Counted from the first letter of the stretch, positions 33,041-41,748 are shown. The stretch is 41,907 bases of DNA from an uncultured Armatimonadia bacterium (GCA_964498775.1 CAZCJS010000003.1:1-41907); one strand, 5' to 3'. Translations and numbers: made by a program. The notes: generated from the sequence alone by a model not told the origin.

Positions 33041-35950
33041 ATGGGAAGAGTATGGTTGTGGGCGGTCATCATCGTGCTGATGGCAGTGGCGCAAGGTTGC
33101 GTATTCGCGCTGCAGGTAGGAGTCTATACTCCCTCGATTGGGGCAGGTGGTGTGCTGGAAGCGCTTGCGGGCCGGCAGGGCATCAGCGTTGTGAAGCTGG
33201 AGAGCCTCGATCTGCCGAAGCTGGTGGGGTGCGATGTGCTCGTGCTGGAGAGCATGAAGGGGCTCGGCGGCGGAAATGAGAAATGGCGCGACTCGATACG
33301 CACCTTCGCGGCGGCAGGCGGCGGCGTAGTACTGGAACACGACGCGGTCGGCTTCCGGGGATGGGATGATCAGACGCGGCTCTTCCCCGAGATCGTTGCG
33401 CTGGGCATTGACCGCTCGACGACAAGGCAAATGCAGGTAGTCGCCGACCATCCGGTGACGGCCGATTTGCCGGCGGAGTTCGAGCATGCCTACAACGACC
33501 ACATCATGATGCAGGTGGGGCCCGAGGGTGCAACCATTATTAATGATGCCGACGGAGTAGCGGCGACGATTGTGGGCGAGTACGGCGAGGGGCGAGTGGT
33601 GGGCAATGGCATGATCAGCGGCTATGGGATTGATGAGAGCGGCGCGGCGAAACAGATGGCGGCAACCGGGGCACAGTTGCAATTACTGCTCAACGCGATT
33701 CAGTGGGCCGGCGGGAATGAGCTGTCGGCGTTGCCTGCCGGAGAGGTCCTCGCGCGGATGGCAGCGGCTATCGAGAGGGAGCTGGCTGCAAAGGCTCCGG
33801 AACCGCCACCGTACACCGACTGGTATCCGCAGACGGCAATGCAGGAAGCAGGCTATCAGAAGCAGCCGCTGGCGGAATTGGATGGTCGTGCGTGGCAGTG
33901 GTGGACACTCAAGCCCGGCTACACAAATGAGATGATTCACCGGCATGTGCGGCAGATGCGGCGCAACGGTGTGACGGACATCATCTACCTGGGCCAGTCC
34001 GGCCTGCAACTAGGCTACCACAGCGAAATACCGGAGGCGAAGCGGAAGTCATGGGTGGGCCGGTACAAGGAGCGCGACCCACTCAAGCTGGTGTGCGAGG
34101 CGGCCAAGGCGGAAGGACTGCGTGTCTGGCTGGGCATGCATTCGGGTGACTACGGCGAGGGCATGGTGTGTGTTGACCATAAAGGCAAGCCCTACATGTA
34201 CGGCAGCCACCCGATAGATGATGTGCGCAGCCCGCAGCTGTATGCCTTCCTCACAAAAGTGCTGACCGAGGTGAAGCAGAAATACGACCTGGCCGGCTTT
34301 TACTATGACGAACTGTTTTTCAACTATCCGGACAAGTGCGGGAGTCACTTTGAGGACTTCTCCCGGTGGTGTGAGCAGCAGTTCGGTGCCAAGCCGGACC
34401 AGTCGCTGTTGGGGAAGATGGAGGCAGGTGTGCCCTGGCATGACCCGGCGGATGTCTGGTGGCGGCGGCTGATGCTGTACAAGGCGAAGAACAATGCTGA
34501 GTTCATGAAGTTCCTCGCCGACACGGCCCACAGTCTCGGCATGGAAGCCATTGGCGAACTGCGACCATGTGCCCAGTATGCCAATGGCGCGACCTACGCG
34601 ATGGACAATCCGGCGCTGGTGCGGGCAGGCTGTGACTGGTACTATACCTCATCACACAATGCGGCTGAGGCCACCGTGGTATACCCGAATGCCGCCGGCG
34701 GCCAGCACCACGGCGGCCCGTTCGGGTATTACAACACCTACAATCTGCGCGGCAAGCCGACTTTCAACTTCGTCTTCTACCACATCGAGCATCCGATCGC
34801 CTGGGGCAGCCCGGAGCACCCGGAACGCCTCCGCGCAATGCTGCGGGATACACGCGAATGGCATGGCGCCGACTCGCTGGCGAGAGCGGCGCTGCTGACA
34901 TACCAGTACGGCATCATGCTGCAACTCATTGACCCGCGACCGGTCGAGAAGATGGAGCAGAATCTACTGCTGCGTCTCGGGCGATACCAGGACGTGGACC
35001 GACTGGAGGCGGAAGATACGCGGTACTATGAGAATTACCGGGTGCTGCTGGCACCGCCGTACAGTTTGCAGGGGCAGAGCGCGGAGACATTCGCGGCGTT
35101 GGAGAAGTTCGTCTCAGACGGCGGGACGGTTCTCTCGCTGGGCGGGCCCTGGATGCAGTCGCTACGCGACCTCAGCAAGCCGCTTGAGTTGACCGCCAAA
35201 TTCGTCGGAGGCAACTGTGAAGGCGAGCCACGTGCGGTGGACAGCATCAAGATGGACGCTGACACGGAAATCAAGATAGCCCCACAGGACCTTAAACCCT
35301 TCATAGCGACTGCTGAAATCGAGGTGCTGGCGAGCTTCGGGGACGGGAAGCCGGCAGTCACATCACACAGCATCGGCAAGGGCAAGGTCATCGGATTCCA
35401 CTGTGATGTGTTGGGAGAGATCGCCGCCGGCGGCAGGGAACTGGAGGCGTATCTGGCGCGTCTCATGTCCGAGGCGAGCGTACCGGAGATCAAGATACTG
35501 GCGGGCGAGGCGGAGATCAAGACCAGCCTGCAGAAAAACAACTGGGTGGCCGTGTCGCTGTACGACCCAGAAATGCCGGCAAAGGTGAAAGTCAGCCTCG
35601 ACATCGAGAGGCTCGGCGTGAAAGCCAATGGCTACCGGGTGCTGCTCTACGGGCGCAGCCGGGAACTCCTCAAGCCGACGGGCGTCTATCATCCGGAGCC
35701 ATGGACGGCGGATGACCTCAAAGAAGGCCTGGAACTGGAGATACCGCCCGCCGGGACGAGCCATTGGGACCTGCCGGAGGACCTGGGCCTGTCTGTCTGG
35801 CCGGAATGGGACCAGAACTGGCTGGGAACCCAGGTGCCCAAGATGTGGGCCGGTCATCGCGGCCTGCGGGAGTGCGGCTTTGAGCTTCTCGTTGTCTGTC
35901 CCGATGATGAGTTGACAATCAGCGGGGAGAAGACGGTGGTGGGGAGATGA
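33041..35950 (+). CDS. Exported/anchored multi-domain protein: GATase1/ThuA-like module - glycoside-hydrolase-like TIM barrel (GHL10-like) - second GATase1-like (beta-galactosidase-trimerisation-like) module - C-terminal beta-sandwich
   Basis: GGAGG lies 7 nt upstream of ATG 33041. The signal/anchor is MGRVWLWAVIIVLMAVAQGC. Module 1 (~33110-33716) carries TFAAAGGGVVLEHD, DHPVTADL and EYGEGRVVGNG. The barrel region carries NGVTDIIYLG and AEGLRVWLGMHSGDYGE. Module 2 (~35027-35410) carries YRVLLAPP, FVSDGGTVLSLGG and GKGKVIGFHCD. The ORF-track start at 33002 is an alternative. Confidence 0.55.
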   Translation: MGRVWLWAVIIVLMAVAQGCVFALQVGVYTPSIGAGGVLEALAGRQGISVVKLESLDLPKLVGCDVLVLESMKGLGGGNEKWRDSIRTFAAAGGGVVLEHDAVGFRGWDDQTRLFPEIVALGIDRSTTRQMQVVADHPVTADLPAEFEHAYNDHIMMQVGPEGATIINDADGVAATIVGEYGEGRVVGNGMISGYGIDESGAAKQMAATGAQLQLLLNAIQWAGGNELSALPAGEVLARMAAAIERELAAKAPEPPPYTDWYPQTAMQEAGYQKQPLAELDGRAWQWWTLKPGYTNEMIHRHVRQMRRNGVTDIIYLGQSGLQLGYHSEIPEAKRKSWVGRYKERDPLKLVCEAAKAEGLRVWLGMHSGDYGEGMVCVDHKGKPYMYGSHPIDDVRSPQLYAFLTKVLTEVKQKYDLAGFYYDELFFNYPDKCGSHFEDFSRWCEQQFGAKPDQSLLGKMEAGVPWHDPADVWWRRLMLYKAKNNAEFMKFLADTAHSLGMEAIGELRPCAQYANGATYAMDNPALVRAGCDWYYTSSHNAAEATVVYPNAAGGQHHGGPFGYYNTYNLRGKPTFNFVFYHIEHPIAWGSPEHPERLRAMLRDTREWHGADSLARAALLTYQYGIMLQLIDPRPVEKMEQNLLLRLGRYQDVDRLEAEDTRYYENYRVLLAPPYSLQGQSAETFAALEKFVSDGGTVLSLGGPWMQSLRDLSKPLELTAKFVGGNCEGEPRAVDSIKMDADTEIKIAPQDLKPFIATAEIEVLASFGDGKPAVTSHSIGKGKVIGFHCDVLGEIAAGGRELEAYLARLMSEASVPEIKILAGEAEIKTSLQKNNWVAVSLYDPEMPAKVKVSLDIERLGVKANGYRVLLYGRSRELLKPTGVYHPEPWTADDLKEGLELEIPPAGTSHWDLPEDLGLSVWPEWDQNWLGTQVPKMWAGHRGLRECGFELLVVCPDDELTISGEKTVVGR

Positions 35951-36675
35951 ATAGGCTGACGATATGGCGCTCATCGCTCGCGGGCGCGACTATTGCACTG
36001 AGTCTGTTGCCTGTGCAAGGCTGGGGCTTGACTATCTTCCAGGCACACTTCAACGGGGCGCTGGTGACTAATGAGGGACAGGAACCGCTCGTCGCTGAGA
36101 ATGTGGCCTTTGCGCCCGGGCGATGCGGTACTCAGGGCATCTTCGTCACCGATGAGACGAAACTTCTTTATCCGGCCAAAGGCAATATCAGTCTCTACCA
36201 GGGCACAATCGGCATGTGGGTAAGGCCGGTGGGCTGGCGCGGAGGTGTGCCCGCGAAAACTCGCTACCTCTTTGACTGGCGGCAGGAGAAGACCAACAAG
36301 GTCAACTACCTGGCGCTGGTGCAGAACGGCAGCTCCACGGTGAATGTGCATCTGCGGGACCACAGCGGCAATACCATGATAGCCATGACAAGACCATCCA
36401 ATGTCTTCCAGGATCAGACCTGGGTGCATCTGGCGTCGGCGTGGTCGGCGTTCACTGGCACCATCCGCCTCTATGTCAACGGGCAACTGCTCGATGAACG
36501 CGGCAGTAGTGAGCCGCTGGTTATCGGGCCGGCCGACGAGGCGATAAGTATTGGTAGCATCGGCGCGTATTCCGTGGATGGCATCATTGACGAGGTCGTT
36601 ATCAGCGACCGCTGCCTCGATGAAAACGAGGTCATGACGGAGGTGCGCAAGCCAATTGCGGCGTATTCGGAGTGA
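35947..36675 (+). CDS. Secreted LamG-like (Laminin_G_3, concanavalin-A-like) jelly-roll protein
   Basis: There is an ATGA start/stop overlap with the upstream gene, and a GGGGAG RBS. The signal peptide is MNRLTIWRSSLAGATIALSLLPVQGWG. GTIGMWVRP, WVHLASAW, IRLYVNGQLLDE and DGIIDEVVISDRCLDENEV are typical LamG_3 motifs. Confidence 0.7.
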   Translation: MNRLTIWRSSLAGATIALSLLPVQGWGLTIFQAHFNGALVTNEGQEPLVAENVAFAPGRCGTQGIFVTDETKLLYPAKGNISLYQGTIGMWVRPVGWRGGVPAKTRYLFDWRQEKTNKVNYLALVQNGSSTVNVHLRDHSGNTMIAMTRPSNVFQDQTWVHLASAWSAFTGTIRLYVNGQLLDERGSSEPLVIGPADEAISIGSIGAYSVDGIIDEVVISDRCLDENEVMTEVRKPIAAYSE

Positions 36676-36748
36676 GGTTATGATAGGGGACGTCGAGAAG
36701 CGGCAACAGCGTGTGCGTACAACCAGCAACATCAGGAGGATGATGGAG

Positions 36749-38797
36749 ATGAGAACTGCAAAATGCTTGATGGCAGTCGTGGTACTGATTTCGTTGGTCG
36801 CAATCTGCAGTGCGGCAGACCTTCCGGTTAGCCGAGTAGTGCTGTTTTCCAGCGGTGTCGGGTACTTCGAGCGCGCCGGAACAGTCGAAGGGAATACGAA
36901 AGTCGAGTTGTCCTTCCGGGTTGACCAGATCAATGACATTCTCAAATCCATGACGCTGCAGGACCTCGGCGGCGGCACCATCGGAGCCATCACCTATGCC
37001 CCCCAGGACCCGCTCAGCCATACGCTGAAATCATTCGCGGTGGACGTGGTAGGCAATGAGACGCTGGGTGAGCTCCTCTATAGCCTGATGGGGGCGAAAG
37101 TGAAGATAGTCACCGCTGACAGCACCGTGACCGGGGCCATCGTCAGCGTCGAGGAGCAAGAGAAGAGCGTTGGCGACAATGTGGTGACTTTCGAAGTCCT
37201 CAATGTGCTGACCGATAAGGGGCTCGTGCAAGTGCCGCTGTGGCACATGAAGAGCATCGCGCTGAGTGAGCAGAAGCTGAGCGCGGACCTGAGCAAGGCG
37301 CTGGCAGCAGTGGCGGCCGCGCGCGACCTCGACAAGCGCACTGTAACAATCGCCCTCAACGGTACGGGTGCTCGCCGGGTGCATGTCGGCTACCTCCTCG
37401 AGACCCCCGTCTGGAAGACTAGCTACCGGCTGCTGGCCGATGCGGGAAAGATGTTCGTCCAAGGCTGGGCGATCGTCGAAAACACCACCGATGCGGACTG
37501 GGAGAACGTGGGCTTGAGTCTGGTTTCGGGCCAGCCGGTCAGCTTCATCCAGAACCTCTATGAGCCTCTGTATGTGGTCCGTCCCGTCATTCAGCCGCAG
37601 ATCGCGGCCGTCGCCAGGCCGCACATGTATGATGGAGCAATAGAGGAGATGGACAAGGCCGACCGCCCGATGGCAATGAAGGAAGCCACTGCCGGGGCCC
37701 CGCCTGCGCCGGGAGTGCCGCCGATGGCAGCGCGAGCAGAAGTCCTGCGCCGTGGGTCGGGCAGTGCCGGGGCATATGCCGCTGATGAAGTGAAGCTGGC
37801 AGAGGCAGGCATCAGCGCCGCCGCCGCAGGTGGCAAAGTCGGCGAGCTGTTCGAATACGCCATAGCGCAGCCGGTCAGCGTCGCCAGACAACAGTCGGCG
37901 TTGATACCCATCATCAACCAGAATATCGCCGGGAAGAAGGTCTCCATCTACAACGCCTCAGTGAATGCTAAGCATCCGCTGAACGGGATCAAGCTCAAAA
38001 ACGATACTAAGCTCCATCTCATGGGCGGGCCGATAACCGTCTTTGATGGCGGAGTCTATGGCGGCGACGCGCTGATTGGCGACCTGCCCCCCGGCGACGA
38101 GCGCCTCATTTCCTACGCAGTTGACCTCGCAGTGAGGGTGGATGCGAAGAGCGAAACGAGCAGCGACGAAAGCGCCATCGCGCTCCAGATTGTGCGCGGC
38201 GTGCTGACCGTTACCAGCAAGCAGGTCTCCAGCCAGACCTACACGATTAAGAACACCAGTGCTGAGAAACGCACACTGCTCGTCGAGCACCCCCTCCGCA
38301 GCGGCTGGAAGCTCGTCGCCCCGAAGGAACCCGCCGAGCGCACTGAGGACCTCTACCGCTTTGAAGTCCCGGTGGAGGCCGCCAAAACGGCCAAGCTCAC
38401 CGTGGACGAAGAGCACCCGTTGCGGCAGACGATTGCACTGACAAGCGCCGAGGCGGATCATGTGGCGATGCTTGTGAGCGCACCGAAGATAAGCGCGGAA
38501 CTCAAGGCGGCGCTGCAGAAAATCGTGGCGATGAAGAAGGCTATCGCTGATATTGACCGGCAGATAGACGAGAAAGACGATCGCCTCGACGAGATCGGCG
38601 AAGAGCAGGACCGCATCCGCAAAAACATGGAGCAACTCGACCATAAGTCGGAGCTCTACATCAGCTATGTGAGCAAGTTCGCCGCGCAGGAAAAAGAGTT
38701 CGAGGGTTTGCAGGCGGATCTCAAGAAGCTCCGCGCCGATAAGGCAAATAAGCAGAAGGAACTCGAGGACTACATCTCAGGCCTCGACGTGAAGTGA
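36749..38797 (+). CDS. DUF4139/DUF4140-like protein (so-called mucoidy-inhibitor MuiA family) with signal peptide and C-terminal coiled coil
   Basis: The signal peptide is MRTAKCLMAVVVLISLVAICSA. VSRVVLFSSGVGYFERAGTVEGNTKVELSF...INDILKSMTLQD and ...PVWKTSYRLL...GWAIVENTTDADWENVGLSLVSGQPVSF match my recollection of DUF4140/DUF4139. The last ~110 aa are heptad-like (ADIDRQIDEKDDRLDEIGEEQDRIRKNMEQL...LKKLRADKANKQKELEDY). AGGAGG at 36734-36739 lies 9 nt before ATG 36749. ATGs at 36740 and 36743 and the ORF start at 36656 are alternatives. Confidence 0.65.
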   Translation: MRTAKCLMAVVVLISLVAICSAADLPVSRVVLFSSGVGYFERAGTVEGNTKVELSFRVDQINDILKSMTLQDLGGGTIGAITYAPQDPLSHTLKSFAVDVVGNETLGELLYSLMGAKVKIVTADSTVTGAIVSVEEQEKSVGDNVVTFEVLNVLTDKGLVQVPLWHMKSIALSEQKLSADLSKALAAVAAARDLDKRTVTIALNGTGARRVHVGYLLETPVWKTSYRLLADAGKMFVQGWAIVENTTDADWENVGLSLVSGQPVSFIQNLYEPLYVVRPVIQPQIAAVARPHMYDGAIEEMDKADRPMAMKEATAGAPPAPGVPPMAARAEVLRRGSGSAGAYAADEVKLAEAGISAAAAGGKVGELFEYAIAQPVSVARQQSALIPIINQNIAGKKVSIYNASVNAKHPLNGIKLKNDTKLHLMGGPITVFDGGVYGGDALIGDLPPGDERLISYAVDLAVRVDAKSETSSDESAIALQIVRGVLTVTSKQVSSQTYTIKNTSAEKRTLLVEHPLRSGWKLVAPKEPAERTEDLYRFEVPVEAAKTAKLTVDEEHPLRQTIALTSAEADHVAMLVSAPKISAELKAALQKIVAMKKAIADIDRQIDEKDDRLDEIGEEQDRIRKNMEQLDHKSELYISYVSKFAAQEKEFEGLQADLKKLRADKANKQKELEDYISGLDVK

Positions 38798-38900
38798 GGT
38801 GAGAGTGGAGGCCGGTAACGGTTCCAGTTGGGACGCTCGTGCTACGCGGGATGAGCCCCGGGAAGGTGCCGACGTTCCGTTGGTCGAAATCAAAAGCGAT

Positions 38901-41426
38901 ATGAAGATGAGAAACACATCTAGCTGGGAGCGATTGCGACACCTCGACGCAGTTGCTCTGTTGTGTGCTGTGGCCCTGACAATGGCAAGTCTCGTATGTT
39001 TCGCCGGGCCCGCCATCGCAGAGCAAGTTAGTCTCCTGAATGGGCGCTGTACAGTCGCGGTCCCCGCAGGCTGGCGCGTGGATGACACCTTCGGCGACGA
39101 CGGGCTGCTGCTGCACCCACCGGACCCCCGAGTGTGGCCCGTCGAGTTGGTCGTGTGGGCGATCCCTGACGGGGGAGCCGAGACCGCGAAGGCAGCCGCA
39201 CTGGCGCATGAAGCCGTGATCCGCCAGAGCTATCCCTACACCAGGAAAGAGCAGTCCGAATTCGCCACTGCAACCACAAAGGGCCTCCAGATCATCGGCC
39301 AGGTGAAGACGCCCGATGGGGTGATAATCTCCTGCCTCTTTGTAGCGCTTGCTTCGGCGGGCCGTTACTATACGGTAGGGACATTTTGCCTCCCGGACCA
39401 GGTGGAAGCAGTCAATGCACAGTACCTGCAACCGGTCGCTCAGAAACTGTCCAGCGGCCCCCCGAGAACTGGAGAAAGCTCAACCCGTGAGCATCGCCCG
39501 AGCGTGAAACCGAAGCCGGTCTCTCCGAAGCCTACGCCGGCGTCGGAAACTAAACCCGATAGCGCCACGACAGGTACCGTAAGTGGACCACATGTGCCAC
39601 GACCCGGCGAGACCGAAATCCGTGACCAGGAGCCACTGACCGAGACCGCCGCTCCGCCACTCGTGGCCGAGACGATACAGCCCGTCGTCAGGACCAGTCA
39701 CGATGATACATCCAGCGAGCCGCCAGCAACGCCGGGCACCGGCTCGGACGGGCTTGAAGTCCGCGTCGGTAGGATCACGATGCCCGCAGGCACATTAATA
39801 GATGACAGTCACATCGCGCCCCCCAAGGAAACCGTGACGATAGCTGATGACGCGGCCGTAGTCGCCCCGGCAACCAAGTCCCCGGTCCAGCCCGAGTACG
39901 ATCATGGTGCCGTCGCGCACTCGGCGACACCTGCACTAAGGACTGCTGATACGGGCCTCCGCGAGGCGCGGACCACACGGCCGGTGCCCGCAATTCCCGA
40001 GGGATCGGTTGATGCCCGCGCGACGACGCTGCTGCCGGCAAAACCGCGCACAGAGCGGGATGATGGCCGCACTCTCGCGCCGACGAGCAAGCCTGTGGTC
40101 GGGCCGGAGGAGCGCAGATTGCAGCACTTGTCCTCGGCGTACCTCGAACTGGAGGCGCCGCCGGAGTTCCAGATTGACGCGATTGATGGCAAGTGGCTGG
40201 TGCATCCGGGCGGGAGCGAAGGCGAGAAGACGGGTCTGCTAATCTGGCCGCTGATCCGGTATGACTCGAGTAGCAGTGCACCACAGATAGCTCGTGCGGC
40301 CTTACAGCACTGGTCGGTCTCGGCAAATCAGTACTTCGAGTTCCGGACCCAGACGGATGGCGAGAGCGCGATTTTCTTCGGCAACGGTACGACGGCTGCC
40401 GGAGCGGTTCGCCTGCTGGGCAGTATCACGATGCAGGGTAATGTGGCCATGCTCACCGCGCTGTATGTGGCACCCGAGAATGCAGCCGCCGAATGGCCGC
40501 TACTGGTCCAAATGCTGGCTTCGGTGAAGGTGTCGGCGCTTCCCATCAGGACGCCGCTACAGGCGCCGCCATCGTATCAGTGGGAAATGCCGGGCTATCC
40601 CGGTTTGACCGTACCGATACCGGAGGGCTGGCTGGTCCGCGGACGCCTGACCAATGAGCCTGACGGCTGGGCGCTGTGTATTGAGGCGGCCACCCGGGGC
40701 TCGCAGAGGTACTACATGTCATGGCAACAGCCGGTCAAGCCGCTCTTCCACGAGCTGACGCCCGTCCTCGAGGACATGGGTTGGAAGAGACTGGACCGGT
40801 ACGGCAATCAACCCAATGGCCAGACGCATGTACTCCTCTCGAAGACGGGGCCGGCGGAGTTTGTCGGCCAGTACTGGAATGCCAAGACGCGCGTGCCAGT
40901 TGATGGTGTTGAAATAGTCCGGCAGCAAGAGAGCCGGATGGTGAAAGGTCTTCTGAATACACAATATGCCGATGGGCTGCAAATGGTGGTCGAAGGCGAT
41001 TCGCTGGTCGGGGCGAGACACAACCATTATCTCGTCGCTGTCGGTGACGCCGAGCAAGATGGGCAGCAGACTTGGCAGGCGGCGATACTTGAGGCGAGCG
41101 GCCCGGCGGAGTACCCCGATCATGCAGTGGCTGCACTGCGCAACATGATTCAGGGTGCAAGCGCCCCGGCGGGCCAGGAAGCCGGCGAGGCGGACCTGCG
41201 CGCGATGATCCAGCGGGCGAAGGAGGCAGTGACACTGCTGCCGCCCGTGCTAAGCGACAGGATGCAGGGCATTGAGTCGGCCCTCAACCTGCTGAGTGAC
41301 GATGAGGGGGAGACATGGCGGCCGCCAACAGCCAGCGGGAGGACTTGGAAACAACTGATAGCTCCCGACATCATGCTGACAGATGCAGAGAATATCGTCC
41401 CGGAGATCGGCAAGCTGCGACAGTGA
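38901..41426 (+). CDS. Large exported hypothetical protein: signal/anchor, three modules each opening with a VP-x-GW strand (PsbP/DcrB-like guess), ~215-aa Pro/Thr-rich disordered linker
   Basis: From ATG 38901 the N-terminus is MKMRNTSSWERLRHLDAVALLCAVALTMASLVCFAGPAIA. The modules begin at CTVAVPAGWRV, then LELEAPPEFQI...WLVHPGG, then LTVPIPEGWLV. The low-complexity segment PSVKPKPVSPKPTPASETKP...PAKPRTERDD spans ~39471-40116. The ORF also opens at GTG 38799/38805. No family is recognised. Confidence 0.5.
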   Translation: MKMRNTSSWERLRHLDAVALLCAVALTMASLVCFAGPAIAEQVSLLNGRCTVAVPAGWRVDDTFGDDGLLLHPPDPRVWPVELVVWAIPDGGAETAKAAALAHEAVIRQSYPYTRKEQSEFATATTKGLQIIGQVKTPDGVIISCLFVALASAGRYYTVGTFCLPDQVEAVNAQYLQPVAQKLSSGPPRTGESSTREHRPSVKPKPVSPKPTPASETKPDSATTGTVSGPHVPRPGETEIRDQEPLTETAAPPLVAETIQPVVRTSHDDTSSEPPATPGTGSDGLEVRVGRITMPAGTLIDDSHIAPPKETVTIADDAAVVAPATKSPVQPEYDHGAVAHSATPALRTADTGLREARTTRPVPAIPEGSVDARATTLLPAKPRTERDDGRTLAPTSKPVVGPEERRLQHLSSAYLELEAPPEFQIDAIDGKWLVHPGGSEGEKTGLLIWPLIRYDSSSSAPQIARAALQHWSVSANQYFEFRTQTDGESAIFFGNGTTAAGAVRLLGSITMQGNVAMLTALYVAPENAAAEWPLLVQMLASVKVSALPIRTPLQAPPSYQWEMPGYPGLTVPIPEGWLVRGRLTNEPDGWALCIEAATRGSQRYYMSWQQPVKPLFHELTPVLEDMGWKRLDRYGNQPNGQTHVLLSKTGPAEFVGQYWNAKTRVPVDGVEIVRQQESRMVKGLLNTQYADGLQMVVEGDSLVGARHNHYLVAVGDAEQDGQQTWQAAILEASGPAEYPDHAVAALRNMIQGASAPAGQEAGEADLRAMIQRAKEAVTLLPPVLSDRMQGIESALNLLSDDEGETWRPPTASGRTWKQLIAPDIMLTDAENIVPEIGKLRQ

Positions 41427-41487
41427 GTCTCGCATCAGTCACTGACGAAGCTGCAGCCGCCGGCGGGAGTTCCGGAAGCGAAGGGAA

Positions 41488-41748
41488 GTGGTAGCTTTGG
41501 CGAAGAAGCTTGTAACATGTGAACACTGCGGTGGTAGCAAGACCTGTACGAAGAGCGGGGGGCGAAGCTGTAAGGTCTGCCTGCGGGCGGCGGGTAAAAG
41601 CAGCCGCCAGTGGGCCACCGTCCGCTGCTCGTACTGTGGCGGGATCGGCAGTGTGTGGGTTGATGTGGACGAAGAAACCGACACGGAGAAGCAGGAAGGG
41701 CCCACGCAGGCACATGAGGTGCCCGACGAGGATGAAGCGGATACATGA
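41488..41748 (+). CDS. Small Cys-rich zinc-finger protein (DnaJ CR-type CxxCxGxG-like motifs) with acidic tail
   Basis: CEHCGGSK, CKVC and CSYCGGIG give 6-7 Cys in ~45 aa, followed by the acidic tail DVDEETDTEKQEG...EVPDEDEADT. GTG 41488 or TTG 41497 could be the start, downstream of GAAGGGAAG. Several overlapping ORFs on both strands lack any motif. Confidence 0.5.
   Translation: MVALAKKLVTCEHCGGSKTCTKSGGRSCKVCLRAAGKSSRQWATVRCSYCGGIGSVWVDVDEETDTEKQEGPTQAHEVPDEDEADT

Noticed and set aside
32851-33072. 74-aa N-terminal extension of the hypA ORF (195-aa track ORF), and the 250-aa - strand ORF at 32930-33682
   Set aside because: HypA proteins start with the Ni-binding MHE, which occurs exactly at ATG 32850. 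The extension is Arg/His/Cys-rich junk that overlaps the divergent promoter region and the 5' end of the 982-aa gene.
36656-36748. Upstream in-frame starts for the DUF4139-like gene, overlapping the LamG 3' end
   Set aside because: They would place 30 or so charged residues before an otherwise canonical signal peptide. AGGAGG at 36734-36739 is best spaced for ATG 36749.
35971-36993. 340-aa ORF on the - strand spanning the LamG gene and the start of the DUF4139-like gene
   Set aside because: It is Arg/His-rich and low-complexity (RRPRRRQMH and similar). It crosses a + strand gene boundary, and the + strand products carry recognisable LamG and DUF4139 motifs and signal peptides.
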